Shown: positions 43,623 to 54,145, counted from the first letter of the stretch. The stretch: DNA of 64,000 nt from Clostridia bacterium (GCA_017414965.1 JAFQJL010000021.1:13886-77885), one strand, 5' to 3'. Notes: generated by a model from the sequence alone, not told the origin. Translations and numbers: made by a program.

Positions 43623-44525
43623 TTATGAGGGATCGCTCGCCGTTTGTTTGTCGGCTTTTCGGATGTCCAGTGCTACGATCAGAATGCTGGCGGCTACGAC
43701 CAAAACGGCACCGATTGCCGTCTGTGCGGTGAGGGCTTCGCGGAATGCCAGTACGCCGACGATCATGCTGACGATCGGCTCGGCGGTGCTGAGGATCGAG
43801 GCGAGTTGCCCGCCGATGATCAGCGTTCCCTGCTGGAACAGCACGGCGGCGCCGACGTTGAGCATCAAGGCGAACAACAGCGCCAGCAACCACCCGCCGA
43901 GTGAGGTGGGGAGCGCCAGTTGTCCGGTCGCCAGACAGACGATCAACATCACCACGCTGCAGACAAGCGAGATGTAAAAACTCAACGTAAAGGCGGGAAC
44001 TTTATGCTTGAAGGCAGAAAGCAGCAGGATGTACACGGCGTATGCCACACCGGATAACAGCGCCAAGGCCGCGCCGCGCCAATCCAGCGGTTTGCCGGGG
44101 GTATAGAACAACCCTACGCCCAATGCGCAAAGCAGAACGCAGAGCAGGCTTTGCCTGTCGATTCGTCGATTTTTGATAAAAGCGGCGACCAGTACGACCG
44201 ACGGATAGATGAAATGAAAGACAGTCGCCGTTCCGGAATCGATATATTGGTAGGACGGAAACAACAACAGCGGTGTTAAGCAATAGCCGACAAGCGCGAT
44301 ACCGGAAATAGAGGGCAGAGCCTTTGGCGATACCTTGAGCGTGCGGTCAGTCGCGAGGGCCAGTATGGCCAACACCGGCAACGCCAGTGCGTTGCGAAGA
44401 AAGATCAAGCTGAGGGGATTGACTCCCTCGGCGTAAAGAAATTTTGCCACCAACGGCATAAATCCGTAAATGGCGGCGCTCAGTAGAATGCTGGTGTAGC
44501 CTTTGATCTTTTGAATATGATTCAT
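43623..44525 (-). CDS. DMT (EamA-like) family transporter
   Basis: About 10 TM segments in two EamA-like halves. Start MNHIQK at 44525 overlaps the upstream stop (ATGA). Confidence 0.75.
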   Translation of the reverse strand: MNHIQKIKGYTSILLSAAIYGFMPLVAKFLYAEGVNPLSLIFLRNALALPVLAILALATDRTLKVSPKALPSISGIALVGYCLTPLLLFPSYQYIDSGTATVFHFIYPSVVLVAAFIKNRRIDRQSLLCVLLCALGVGLFYTPGKPLDWRGAALALLSGVAYAVYILLLSAFKHKVPAFTLSFYISLVCSVVMLIVCLATGQLALPTSLGGWLLALLFALMLNVGAAVLFQQGTLIIGGQLASILSTAEPIVSMIVGVLAFREALTAQTAIGAVLVVAASILIVALDIRKADKQTASDPS

Positions 44526-45373
44526 AGCTCCTGATCCTCGATGAGATTTCCCTTGCGGAACAGCGTTTCGGTGTCTTTCATGTGTTGCAGGCTGTGCTCG
44601 CCATTGGCCAATGCGACAGCGGTGCAGAGGTAATCGCACAGTACAATGGGGGCTACTGCCGTGTTTTTGATGCCCATAGCGTCCACGCGACAGGGAAGGA
44701 GTTGTGTGTGCGGCTTTTCGAAATGCGCCGATTGCTCATCGGTCACCAACAGAACGGGGATACCGCGTTCTTGCAACGCATCCAGAATGTGAAGTGACTG
44801 GTTGGTGTAACGATGGAACAGAAAAACGATACACACATCCATCGGCGTGAGATTGAGAAGCGATTCGATCTCGCCGTTGTAACCGGCCTGTAGCACCGAT
44901 ACATCCGGACGGACGGTCGCCAGTCGCGTGTACGCATAATGCGCGAGCGCATACGATTCTTTCATGCCGAAGGTATACACGCGGCGTGCGTGGCAGACAG
45001 CATCCACGGCAGAGGTGAGAACGTCGTCCGACAGACGCGCGAATGTATCTTTGATACAAGCCATATCTTGTGTCAGCGTTTTGACAAGCACCGAATCGCC
45101 GTCCGCGTGGGCGGTGCGGCGGAATTTATCCGGGAGTTCGGCGTGCAGGCGGCCGTTCTGCCGAATGGCGTGCTGCATATCCTTAAATCCGGCAAAACCG
45201 AGTTTACGGCAAAACCGGAGGACCGAGGTGGTGCTGACGCCGATCTCGGCGGCCACGCTGTCCAGCGTGCCAAACATCACCGACTCTTGATTGGTTAAAA
45301 CCGACGTGGCGACGGCTCGCTCGGATTTGGTGAATTCATTCAGTTTTTCTTTGATCGTTTCCGTAACAGTCAT
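44522..45373 (-). CDS. MurR/RpiR family transcriptional regulator
   Basis: N-terminal HTH_6 (VSTTSVLRFCRKLGFAGF) plus SIS domain. Start at 45373 after a GAGGAGG RBS. Confidence 0.8.
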   Translation of the reverse strand: MTVTETIKEKLNEFTKSERAVATSVLTNQESVMFGTLDSVAAEIGVSTTSVLRFCRKLGFAGFKDMQHAIRQNGRLHAELPDKFRRTAHADGDSVLVKTLTQDMACIKDTFARLSDDVLTSAVDAVCHARRVYTFGMKESYALAHYAYTRLATVRPDVSVLQAGYNGEIESLLNLTPMDVCIVFLFHRYTNQSLHILDALQERGIPVLLVTDEQSAHFEKPHTQLLPCRVDAMGIKNTAVAPIVLCDYLCTAVALANGEHSLQHMKDTETLFRKGNLIEDQEL

Positions 45374-45558
45374 AAAACGACCTCCTCGTAAAGTCAAATT
45401 CAGTATACACCACAATGTTGATTTCGTCAATGTATTATTTACTACAAAATAACCCAATGGCTTGCGAATGATTCTATTGACAAATCGGGAAAGGGCGTTA
45501 TAATAAAAGAGTAGAAAAAAGTAAATGCTACAATTTTAAAGAAAGAGGCGGTCTAAAA

Positions 45559-46677
45559 ATGGGAAAAAGCACTCACTTTTTGTATCTGGATGAAGAGGAT
45601 ATGATCAAGGCGGGTGTGCTGGATTCGGCACACTGCATTGATGTAGAAGAGGAGATCTTTCGCTTGTTGAGCACAGGCGATTATGTGATGGGTGGCGATA
45701 AAGGAAACTCCCACGGCATTGCCGTGCGCTTCCCGAAAGAAAGTCCGTTCCCGAATATGCCGGTCGATGCTCCGGATCGTCGCTTTATGGCGATGCCGGC
45801 GTACGTCGGCGGTCGTTTTCACGTGGCGGGACAGAAATGGTACGGCTCCAACATCATCAATCCGCAACGCGGTCTGCCGCGTTCCATTTTGATGGTGATG
45901 TTAAACGACGTCGATACCTGCGAACCGATTGCGTTGATGTCCGGCAACCTGATCAGCTCGGTACGCACCGGCTGTGTGCCGGGTGTCGCCACGCGTTATC
46001 TGGTGCGCAAGGACGCGACCGTGTGCACCTGCATCGGTGCCGGTCCTGTCAGTAAGGCGTGCTTCGAGGCGATTCGTCTGGAAGCCAAAAATCTTAAAGA
46101 GATCGTTGTTTGTGACTTGATCTTGGAAAAAGCCGAGGCTTTTGCTAACGAGATGGCCGAAAAATACGGTCTGATCCCGCACGCGACTACGTCGCTTGAG
46201 GAGGCGGTGAAGGCTGCCGATATCATCAGTGTGGCGGCGTCTTCGGTCAAGCCGGTGAACCTCCAAAACGATTGGCTCAAACCCGGCAGCACCATTATGT
46301 TTACCGGCCGTTGCAACATTGATGAGGATTATTTCCTCTCGTCTAAGATCGTGTGGGACAACGCCAAGATGCACGAGGTCTACTACGACGAGCATCTGTT
46401 GTTGCCGGAGGATCAGCGGTTTATCAACGGCATTGGCGTGCAGGCGTACCGTATGATGTTTGAGGGGAAACTGCCGCCCATCACCGAGGGTATCAGCCTG
46501 GGCGACGTAATCTGCGGCACCAAAGTGGGGCGTGAGTCGGATGACGAGCGCATTTGCTTCGTCACCGGCGGTATGCCGGTGTGGGATGTCGGCTGGGGTT
46601 ACGAGATTTACAACAAGGCAAAGAAAATGGGACTTGGCCAGACCCTGCGCCTGTGGGATTCGCCGTATTTGGAATAA
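45559..46677 (+). CDS. ornithine cyclodeaminase/mu-crystallin family protein
   Basis: 372 aa; LISSVRTGCVPGVATRYL and CIGAGPVS Rossmann motifs typical of the OCD family. Confidence 0.7.
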   Translation: MGKSTHFLYLDEEDMIKAGVLDSAHCIDVEEEIFRLLSTGDYVMGGDKGNSHGIAVRFPKESPFPNMPVDAPDRRFMAMPAYVGGRFHVAGQKWYGSNIINPQRGLPRSILMVMLNDVDTCEPIALMSGNLISSVRTGCVPGVATRYLVRKDATVCTCIGAGPVSKACFEAIRLEAKNLKEIVVCDLILEKAEAFANEMAEKYGLIPHATTSLEEAVKAADIISVAASSVKPVNLQNDWLKPGSTIMFTGRCNIDEDYFLSSKIVWDNAKMHEVYYDEHLLLPEDQRFINGIGVQAYRMMFEGKLPPITEGISLGDVICGTKVGRESDDERICFVTGGMPVWDVGWGYEIYNKAKKMGLGQTLRLWDSPYLE

Positions 46678-46684
46678 AGAGAAA

Positions 46685-46716
46685 AAGACCGAGCGATTGC
46701 TCGGTCTTTACTTTTA
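46685..46716 (+). terminator. terminator hairpin with the same core as the island target site
   Basis: AAGACCGAGC-GATT-GCTCGGTCTT. It shares CCGAGCGATTGCTCGG with the disrupted hairpin at the island junctions. Confidence 0.75.
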
Positions 46717-46772
46717 TGTAGCGGTGTGCTATGATGGTAGCAATACGACAAATTTCGGGAAAAGAGGGGATT

Positions 46773-47543
46773 GTGGTGGAACTTTGGACTTCGGAGCACG
46801 CGATGACCTTGTTGCCGGCGATTGTGGCGATGATCGTCGTTGCGCTGCTGCTTCGAAAATGGCTGGGGAATCGGGAGCTCCGCATTCGGATGATACCGTT
46901 TCAAATACTGGCGGCGGTGCTGTTTTTGATTGAGATCGGCAAACAGTTGGTTTCTCTTTCCAACGGCTACGATCTGTATCATCTGCCGTTCCATTTTTGC
47001 TCGCTTTTCATTTTCGCGCTGCCGATTGCGGCGTTTTATCGGGGAAAGCATCGCCGGACCGTGCTCGGTGTGACGATCGCGTTGTGCGCGGCGGTTTTGA
47101 TGCTGATGCTGATCTATCCCAATCTGATTTACGGTGCGTGGGATGTGCAGGAATTCTTTATGCGCTATCTCTCGTTCCATACGGTCGCATTCCACAACAT
47201 TGTGTTGTTTGAGTTTATTTTGGCGGTGGCACTTCGTCTGCACGAGCCGGAGCCTCAAAAGGAACAAAAAGCAGTGGTCGTTTGTATGGCTGTATTCAGC
47301 GCGGTGGCGGCGATTATGGCGCAGGTTTTCAAAACCAACTACGCCAATATGTACACCTGCAACATTCCGCCGCTGGAAGCGGTACGAGCGGCGGTGGCCA
47401 ATGCGCTGGGAACGGTGCCGGCACAGATTTTGTACGTGCTGATCGTCAGCTCGTTACATATTTCGTTTACCTTACTTGCATACCGCGTATATATCACCAT
47501 TCTCCGATTGACACAACCGAAAGAAAAACCGTCTGCGATGTAA
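46773..47543 (+). CDS. integral membrane protein (YwaF/TIGR02206-like)
   Basis: About 7 hydrophobic helices. GTG at 46773/46776 after a GAGGGGA RBS is favoured over the ATG at 46731. Confidence 0.55.
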   Translation: MVELWTSEHAMTLLPAIVAMIVVALLLRKWLGNRELRIRMIPFQILAAVLFLIEIGKQLVSLSNGYDLYHLPFHFCSLFIFALPIAAFYRGKHRRTVLGVTIALCAAVLMLMLIYPNLIYGAWDVQEFFMRYLSFHTVAFHNIVLFEFILAVALRLHEPEPQKEQKAVVVCMAVFSAVAAIMAQVFKTNYANMYTCNIPPLEAVRAAVANALGTVPAQILYVLIVSSLHISFTLLAYRVYITILRLTQPKEKPSAM

Positions 47544-47625
47544 TCGCAGGCGGTCTTTTTGATTGACACTACACAGAATTTCCGTTATAATAGGATCAAA
47601 TAATATGCGAAAGGGATGTGTGCAA

Positions 47626-49683
47626 ATGGATCAGAAATATCAAGCGCTTTTTACACCGTGGAAAATCGGTAACGTTGAGATCAAAAACCGCATCGTTATG
47701 TGTCCGATGGGCGGCACCTCGCTGTTTGGATGGTTTGAGCTGACGGGCTGCCATTTCGATAAAGAGGCGGCAAAGCTGTTTTTGGAACGCGCCAACAACA
47801 ACGTGGGTCTGATCATTCCGGGCATCGCGCCGCTGCGCGATACGTTCTGGGGAAAATGGCTGTGGCAGAATCCGAAGATGTTTGAGGAACTGAAGGTCTT
47901 TATGGATGAGATCCACAAGACAGGTGCCAAGCTGTTTGTTCAGTTGACGGCGGGTATGGGACGCTCTTGGGCGATTACAGAGCTGGTGGCGCCACTGCAC
48001 AAGAATAAATTCACCCGTGCGATCGTCAAGCCGATTATCGACACCAGTCACGAACTGGCGTCGCCTTCTCCGCAAAAGTCGCGCTGGGCGCACGATATCG
48101 AGTGCCCCGAAATGACCGTGGAGCAGATCCACGAGATCATCGAAGCGTTTGCCAAGACGGCCAAGCTGTGCAAGGATGCGGGCGTCGACGGCGTGGAGGT
48201 CCACGCGGTCCACGAAGGATATTTGCTGGATCAATTTGCCATCGAGTTTTTCAATAAACGCACCGACGAATACGGCGGCAACTTCGAAAATCGTTACCGC
48301 TTCGCCGCCGAGGTCGTCAAGGCGATCAAAGAGTCCTGCGGCGCGGACTATCCGGTTTCGCTCCGTTATTCCGTGGAATCTAAGATGAAGGGCTTCTGCG
48401 AAGGCGCGATGCCCGGCGAGGATTACGTGGAAGTCGGCCGGAATATGGAAGAATCCGAGAAAGCCGCTAAGTATTTGCAGGATGCCGGCTACGATATGCT
48501 CAACGCCGACAACGGCACTTACGATTCGTGGTACTGGGCGCATCCGCCGATGTATATGCCGCAAAACTGCAACCTCGAAGACGTGGCGCACATCAAGAAA
48601 TTTGTGGATATTCCGGTCGTTTGCGCCGGTCGTATGGAACCGGAGGTCGGCGCACAGGCAATCGCCGACGGTCGCATCGACGCGATGGGCGTCGCCCGTC
48701 AGTTCCTGGTAGATCCGGAATGGGTGAGCAAGCTGATCGAGGATCGGCTGGAGGACATCAAGCCCTGCATTTGCTGCCACAGCGGTTGCTTTAACTTCTC
48801 TTCCTCCAAAGGACACGCCAATACGCAGGATCTGACCGATACGATGGGACTTGCTCGTTGTGCGCTCAATCCCGAAACCATGCAATCCAAGAAATACTAT
48901 CTGACTCCGGCGAAAAAAGCCAAGAAGATCGCGGTGATCGGCGGCGGTATCGGCGGTATGGAAGCGGCGTTGGTCTGCGCGAAGCGCGGTCATGCGGTCA
49001 CGCTCTATGAAAAGAGCGATAAGCTCGGCGGCGTATTTATTGCGGCGTCTGCGCCGTCCTTCAAGGAGAAGGATCGAGCGCTGATCGCGTGGTATATCCG
49101 CGAGCTGAAAAAGTATCCCATTGAGGTAAAACTGAACACGACGGTTACCGACATTGCCGCATTGGATGCGGACGAAGTGATCGTGGCAACCGGCGCCGTT
49201 GCCAAGAAAATCCCGATCAAGGGCGCGGAATTGGCCGTGGAAGCGGTGGATTATCTGCTCGGTCAAGAGGTCGGCGATAACGTGGTCGTTATCGGCGGCG
49301 GTCTTACGGGCTGCGAGATCGCCTACGATCTGTATCTGAAAGGCAAGCGGCCGGTTATCGTCGAGATGGAGGACGACCTCATCACGACCAAGGGTATCTG
49401 CTTGGCAAACACCAGCTATCTGCGCGACTTTTTCAAGACCAATCAGGTGCCGGTGCATCTGGAAAGCCGCACCACCGAGATTCGTGCCGACGGCGTGACG
49501 GTTGCGGATAAGGACGGCAACACGACTGAGATTCCGGCGGACAACGTGATTTTGTCGGTCGGTTACACGCCGGCGCCGATCGTCTCCAAGGGCAAGCACG
49601 TTCACGTGGTGGGCGATGCGTCCAAGGTCGGCAATCTGCGCACGGTCATCTGGCAGGCGTGGGACGTGGCGATGAAGCTGTAA
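47626..49683 (+). CDS. NADH:flavin oxidoreductase (OYE-like TIM barrel fused to an FAD/NAD(P)-binding domain; 2,4-dienoyl-CoA reductase-like)
   Basis: N-terminus FTPWKIGNVEIKNRIVMCPMG, HAVHEGYLLDQF, Cys cluster CICCHSGC, GGGIGGME dinucleotide fold. Confidence 0.8.
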   Translation: MDQKYQALFTPWKIGNVEIKNRIVMCPMGGTSLFGWFELTGCHFDKEAAKLFLERANNNVGLIIPGIAPLRDTFWGKWLWQNPKMFEELKVFMDEIHKTGAKLFVQLTAGMGRSWAITELVAPLHKNKFTRAIVKPIIDTSHELASPSPQKSRWAHDIECPEMTVEQIHEIIEAFAKTAKLCKDAGVDGVEVHAVHEGYLLDQFAIEFFNKRTDEYGGNFENRYRFAAEVVKAIKESCGADYPVSLRYSVESKMKGFCEGAMPGEDYVEVGRNMEESEKAAKYLQDAGYDMLNADNGTYDSWYWAHPPMYMPQNCNLEDVAHIKKFVDIPVVCAGRMEPEVGAQAIADGRIDAMGVARQFLVDPEWVSKLIEDRLEDIKPCICCHSGCFNFSSSKGHANTQDLTDTMGLARCALNPETMQSKKYYLTPAKKAKKIAVIGGGIGGMEAALVCAKRGHAVTLYEKSDKLGGVFIAASAPSFKEKDRALIAWYIRELKKYPIEVKLNTTVTDIAALDADEVIVATGAVAKKIPIKGAELAVEAVDYLLGQEVGDNVVVIGGGLTGCEIAYDLYLKGKRPVIVEMEDDLITTKGICLANTSYLRDFFKTNQVPVHLESRTTEIRADGVTVADKDGNTTEIPADNVILSVGYTPAPIVSKGKHVHVVGDASKVGNLRTVIWQAWDVAMKL

Positions 49684-49690
49684 ATACAAC

Positions 49691-49727
49691 AAAAAAGCTC
49701 CGAGGGAGATTCCCTCGGAGCTTTTTT
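49691..49727. terminator. bidirectional terminator between convergent genes
   Basis: AGCTCCGAGGGA-GATT-CCCTCGGAGCT hairpin flanked by A- and T-runs. Confidence 0.85.
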
Positions 49728-51132
49728 ATCGCTCAAAATAATAAAACGTATCGTCCTCGCCAACTTGGCGGAAGCCGGCGCTTCGGATCATATGGGCGGA
49801 GGGGAGGTTTGGTTTGTAGCACTTGGCGACCGGTTTTACACGAAGTACCCGTTCGGCAAAATCCGCCGTTGCCGCAAACGCCTTGGTGCCCAATCCTTTG
49901 CCTTGGTGAGAGGCGGCGATGCGTCCGCCGATCTCTGCGTGACCGCCGGCCGTAAAGCGATAAACGATGGTTTCGCCCACCAATTCGCCGCCTTCGCGCT
50001 CGCGGACGGCAAAGGTGACGGATGCGCCTAACGATCGATCGTATTTTTGCGAATCAAAAAACGTGTTTTCGTCCACTTCGGTGATATATCGATCGTTTTC
50101 GTAGTCGTAACCCCAGTATTGATTGTTGGTTTTGTCGGTGCATAGTGCAAAGTAATTTGCCTTGTCAAACTCCTCCAATTCGGTCAACACACCTCCGTCG
50201 AAGGAGATAACTCCGATCTCGCCGATTTTGCAGAGGGGCGAGTTGACGCGCACCATAAACTTATGCAGAATGCGGATCGGTTGATATTGCATTTTCGAGG
50301 TTCTTAAGCCCAAATCGCCCGAATCGTCCTCACGGTTGACCAGCAAGATCGGTTGGTCAATGTGTGTCCGAATATACCGCATAAAGTGATGAAATAGGGT
50401 GGGGTAAACGCCGGTATAGACGGTCAGCGCCTTTTCCACGTGGATAACGAAGGTTGTCCCCACCAATTCTCCGATTGTAAAGCCCGCAACCTTGTCGTCG
50501 ACATATAACACACAACCGATCATACCCAGATCGGCAAAGCGATCCAACAGTGTATACGTGCCCTCAAGCTCGGCTTTTTCCATGCCACCGCCGCTGTGAT
50601 GCTGTCGATATTCGGCCAGCATCTCGTGAATGGCGGGGATATCCGCCGATTGAATCGGTCGCAGATCCGGTTCGCCGTAGGTCTTCTTGAAGCGGTTGAT
50701 GTGATTGCGCTGTCCGCTGAATTTGCGACCGGCAAAGGTGGTCATTTCTTCAAACGAGTACAGATAATCGCTCCAACGGCGGTCGTAGTTGGCACAGACG
50801 GAATCAAACCGCTTGTCCGCTTTCAGCGAGGCCAACAGTTCCTCGTTGACCGCGTAAAACGTGAGCGCGGTATCCTGCTTGGCGGTGTACCGGCAGAGCG
50901 CATCCAGCGCGCCGTCCACGTCCTCGCCAAACGGATAGGAAAACGCCGGCTCGTCGCCGATGTCTACCTTGGCGATGAAAGTGTTGTGATAGACGGCAAA
51001 CTCCACGCCAAGCCCTTGATTCCACATCAAAAACGCGCCGAGCGACACGTCGCTGCACAAAAGCGGCGACTGTGCGATCAGCGGCGAAACAGCTATTAAG
51101 TTTTCGGGGGAATACGCCCGAAATTCCAGCAT
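49726..51132 (-). CDS. two-domain acetyltransferase-fold protein (DUF2156-like N-half plus GNAT C-half)
   Basis: The C-terminal HQGKGLGTKA motif is typical of a GNAT acetyl-CoA site. The N-half resembles the lysyl-PG-synthase C-domain-like fold. Confidence 0.55.
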   Translation of the reverse strand: MLEFRAYSPENLIAVSPLIAQSPLLCSDVSLGAFLMWNQGLGVEFAVYHNTFIAKVDIGDEPAFSYPFGEDVDGALDALCRYTAKQDTALTFYAVNEELLASLKADKRFDSVCANYDRRWSDYLYSFEEMTTFAGRKFSGQRNHINRFKKTYGEPDLRPIQSADIPAIHEMLAEYRQHHSGGGMEKAELEGTYTLLDRFADLGMIGCVLYVDDKVAGFTIGELVGTTFVIHVEKALTVYTGVYPTLFHHFMRYIRTHIDQPILLVNREDDSGDLGLRTSKMQYQPIRILHKFMVRVNSPLCKIGEIGVISFDGGVLTELEEFDKANYFALCTDKTNNQYWGYDYENDRYITEVDENTFFDSQKYDRSLGASVTFAVREREGGELVGETIVYRFTAGGHAEIGGRIAASHQGKGLGTKAFAATADFAERVLRVKPVAKCYKPNLPSAHMIRSAGFRQVGEDDTFYYFER

Positions 51133-51238
51133 ACAGACCGATCTCCATCAAAATTTTTCGTTAGTATACCACATTTTTCGGTAAAAATCAACGCTATAAA
51201 AACAAAAATCAGGCTTCTGTTCAGAAGCCTGATTTTTT

Positions 51239-51322
51239 TGGTGCGCGAGATGGGACTTGAACCCATACGTCGTCGACACACGCACCTCAAACGTGCCTGT
51301 CTGCCTATTCCAGCACTCGCGC
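51239..51322 (-). tRNA. tRNA-Leu (anticodon GAG)
   Basis: Hand fold: acceptor GCGCGAG/CTCGCGC, D-arm CTG-GAATAGGCAGA-CAG, anticodon stem CACGT/GCGTG, loop TTGAGGT, 13-nt variable arm, encoded CCA. Terminator at 51205-51238. Confidence 0.85.
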
Positions 51323-51409
51323 ATATAGCGGTTCTTTTAAAACCGCTCGCTTATTATAACTTACCGTGGCCGGAATGTCAAGAGCAAATTTGCCGTTTTT
51401 AGTAAAAAA

Positions 51410-51682
51410 TCACTCGTTTTCGGTGGTATCGCCGTTGAGCAAGCGATATTTCTCGCGAGTGGCCAAGCCGCCGCGAATATGTCGCTGCGCCTTGTTGACG
51501 TCCAGTATTTCGCGCACCTGTCCGTAGAGCGACGGACTCAGCGTCCGCAACCGATCCGAAACGTCCTTGTGCACGGTGCTTTTGCTGATATGAAACCGCC
51601 GTGCTGCCGCCCGAACGGTCGTTTTATTCTCCAGTATGTATTCGCCGAGCACAATGGCCCGTTCCTCTACCGCACCTTTCAC
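51410..51682 (-). CDS. spoIIID: sporulation transcriptional regulator SpoIIID
   Basis: 90 aa; HTH RAAARRFHISKSTVHKDV and the conserved basic C-terminus. Confidence 0.9.
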   Translation of the reverse strand: MKGAVEERAIVLGEYILENKTTVRAAARRFHISKSTVHKDVSDRLRTLSPSLYGQVREILDVNKAQRHIRGGLATREKYRLLNGDTTENE

Positions 51683-51773
51683 TCCGCATCACTCCTTTTG
51701 ACACATCCTATGCGCGATTGTGCGGATATATGCCTGTCGGCGGGGCATAATAGAGTAGCGGCAAAAACATGGT

Positions 51774-52048
51774 AAGCAAACGCGAGTAATTCGAGCCTGC
51801 CCTAAACAGCATCATTTAGGTACTTTTCGGCTTGTCGTCATTTGTAGGCGTTAGCCTTACAAACTTCTCTGCACCAAAAATCACTCAAAATTCTGCTCGT
51901 TTAGGGTCGTAGAAATTTTAGAGGCTGGGATTTTTGGCTGTGCGAGGCACAAAACGCAGTGAATCCTTAATGGATTCACGAGTATTTTAACAAAGCAAAG
52001 GCGGAAATCCCTCCTCTAAAATCAGGTTCGGATTATTCGCGTTTGCTT
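51774..52048. repeat. 275-bp nested inverted-repeat element (MITE-like or structured RNA) in the spoIIID-spoIVB intergenic region
   Basis: Terminal IR 51774-51797 / 52025-52048 (about 21/24 matches). Inner stems 51800-51810 / 51895-51906 and 51914-51933 / 52004-52022, plus two local hairpins. Confidence 0.6.
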
Positions 52049-52062
52049 AAGCGAGGGATTAT

Positions 52063-53325
52063 ATGAAAGGATTTTGTAAAGGACTTTCGGTGCTGGCGCT
52101 GGTGCTGTGTGCGGCGTTGTTCGGACAGATCTGGCAGATCACCGATCGTTATCCGGATAGTGTCCGCATCACCGACGTGGATGCGGTGGAGAGTCGGGAC
52201 GTCAGCTTGCGGCTGGATCTGCCGGCCAGTATTGAAACGGTCAGTCGAACCGAAAAAGCATCGTATAGCGGGAAATGGGCGCTATGGGGGATCGTGCCGG
52301 TGAAATCAGTAACAGTGACAACAGACGGAAAACCGCGCGTGCGCGTCTGCGGCACGCCGTTTGGCATTAAATTGTACACCGACGGCGTGTTGGTCGTCGG
52401 GATGACGCCGGTGGACAGCACACTCGGCTCGATCAATCCGGCGGCGCAAGCCGGTTTGGAGATCGGTGACCGCATTTTAGCCATCGACGGACAGACCGTA
52501 ACCGAAAACGAGCAGGTCTCGCAAATGGTGACGGCATCCGGCGGTCGTTCGATGGAGTTTACGGTTGAACGCGGCGGGGTGTCGTTTGCCGCGCATATCA
52601 CGCCGGTCAAATCGTTGTCGGACGGCGTGTATCACGCAGGAATGTGGGTGCGTGACAGCGCCGCCGGTGTGGGAATGCTGACGTTTTACGATCCGGTCAG
52701 CGGTGTGTGCGCCGGACTGGGTCACGCGATCTGCGACCGCGATACCGGCATCCAACTCTCGATGGCGGGAGGGGAACTGGTGCCGGCGGCGATTTTTGAC
52801 GTGGTGCGCGGCAAGGCGGGCGAAGCCGGTGCTCTCTGCGGCACGTTTGCCGCCGGATCGCTTGGCGCACTCGCCGGCAACACCGATAAAGGTATCTACG
52901 GCTTACTGACCACGCAGCCGGAGGACGTCGGTCTGTACGAGATCGCCGCACCATATGAGGTGGAGACCGGCAAAGCACAGATGCTGTGTACGGTCGACGA
53001 GCGTCCGGCGTGGTATGAGGTGGAGATCACCAAGGTTAACGTTGGCGATACCGAAAAACAGAGCATGACCATCCGCGTAACCGACGAGGCGTTGCTGGAG
53101 AAAACCGGCGGTATTTTGCAGGGAATGAGCGGCTCGCCGATCATCCAGAACGGCAAGCTGATCGGCGCGGTGACGCACGTGCTGGTCAACGATCCGGCAG
53201 CCGGCTACGCGCTGTTTGCACAGACAATGTACGAGGAGGCGCAAACCTACGCCGATACGCCGGCCGAAACGCTGGCGACCTCGATCGGCGGCGTGACCGT
53301 GTCGATCTCACCCGACGCCGCTTAA
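52063..53325 (+). CDS. spoIVB: SpoIVB peptidase (S55)
   Basis: GTPFGIKLYTDGVLVVG, a PDZ segment and the catalytic GMSGSPI motif. Confidence 0.9.
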   Translation: MKGFCKGLSVLALVLCAALFGQIWQITDRYPDSVRITDVDAVESRDVSLRLDLPASIETVSRTEKASYSGKWALWGIVPVKSVTVTTDGKPRVRVCGTPFGIKLYTDGVLVVGMTPVDSTLGSINPAAQAGLEIGDRILAIDGQTVTENEQVSQMVTASGGRSMEFTVERGGVSFAAHITPVKSLSDGVYHAGMWVRDSAAGVGMLTFYDPVSGVCAGLGHAICDRDTGIQLSMAGGELVPAAIFDVVRGKAGEAGALCGTFAAGSLGALAGNTDKGIYGLLTTQPEDVGLYEIAAPYEVETGKAQMLCTVDERPAWYEVEITKVNVGDTEKQSMTIRVTDEALLEKTGGILQGMSGSPIIQNGKLIGAVTHVLVNDPAAGYALFAQTMYEEAQTYADTPAETLATSIGGVTVSISPDAA

Positions 53326-53362
53326 TACAACAAAAACCACCGTTTCGAGGAAACGGTGGTTT

Positions 53363-54145
53363 TTATTTTTGTTCTTTTGACGGCGGGTATCCGAAAAAGC
53401 GGCAATAGGCCTTGTAAAACGAGGAGTAATCCTGAAATCCGCAGTCTGCAAAGATCTCGGTCGGCTTGTAGCCGGTGGCGATCTTCTCCTTGGCGAGCAT
53501 CAACCGTCGCTGGACAACGTACTCGTGTAATGAAATGCCCAGTTCCTTTTTAAACGTGTGCGTAACGGAGGAGGGAGATAGTCCGACCTGCTCGGCCAAC
53601 GTGCGAATGCTCAAATCGCCGGACAGATTTTGCGCGATGATCGAAGTAAGCGTGGAGACGTAGCCGTTTCCGGCAAGCTCTGCTTTGCTTAATCGATCGA
53701 CCGGCGCACTGTCCAGCTCGCACAAAAGCATTAAAAATGCCGAGTAGGCGCGGAATGCGCCACGCTCGCCGTCTTCCGACTCTACAATGCGGTACAGACG
53801 TGCGACCGCCTCGGCAACGGCGTTGTCCGGCTCGTCCAAAACGGCGATGCGGGAAAACAACCGACCAAACGGCGTGGCCTGTAAAAAGTCCGTCGGTATG
53901 CGGATTTTCAGGCGAAGAAACCGATGCTCTGAGCGGAAAAAGTGATACGTATCTTTGGGAATCAGCAGTAACGAATTCTGCTGCAAGGGCCGCTGTCCCT
54001 CCTCGGTCAACAGATCGGCCTTACCACCAACATAATACAGGATTTCGTGGTAGTTGTGGATCTCCCGTTCGGTCGGCGTCGGGTTATCGCTGATGAAAAA
54101 GGTTATGGGGTTGTAAGTCAATTTTTTTTCAAAATAGTTACTCAT
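53363..54145 (-). CDS. AraC family transcriptional regulator
   Basis: C-terminal HTH pair (CGFQDYSSFYKAYCRFFGYPPS). Confidence 0.8.
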   Translation of the reverse strand: MSNYFEKKLTYNPITFFISDNPTPTEREIHNYHEILYYVGGKADLLTEEGQRPLQQNSLLLIPKDTYHFFRSEHRFLRLKIRIPTDFLQATPFGRLFSRIAVLDEPDNAVAEAVARLYRIVESEDGERGAFRAYSAFLMLLCELDSAPVDRLSKAELAGNGYVSTLTSIIAQNLSGDLSIRTLAEQVGLSPSSVTHTFKKELGISLHEYVVQRRLMLAKEKIATGYKPTEIFADCGFQDYSSFYKAYCRFFGYPPSKEQK

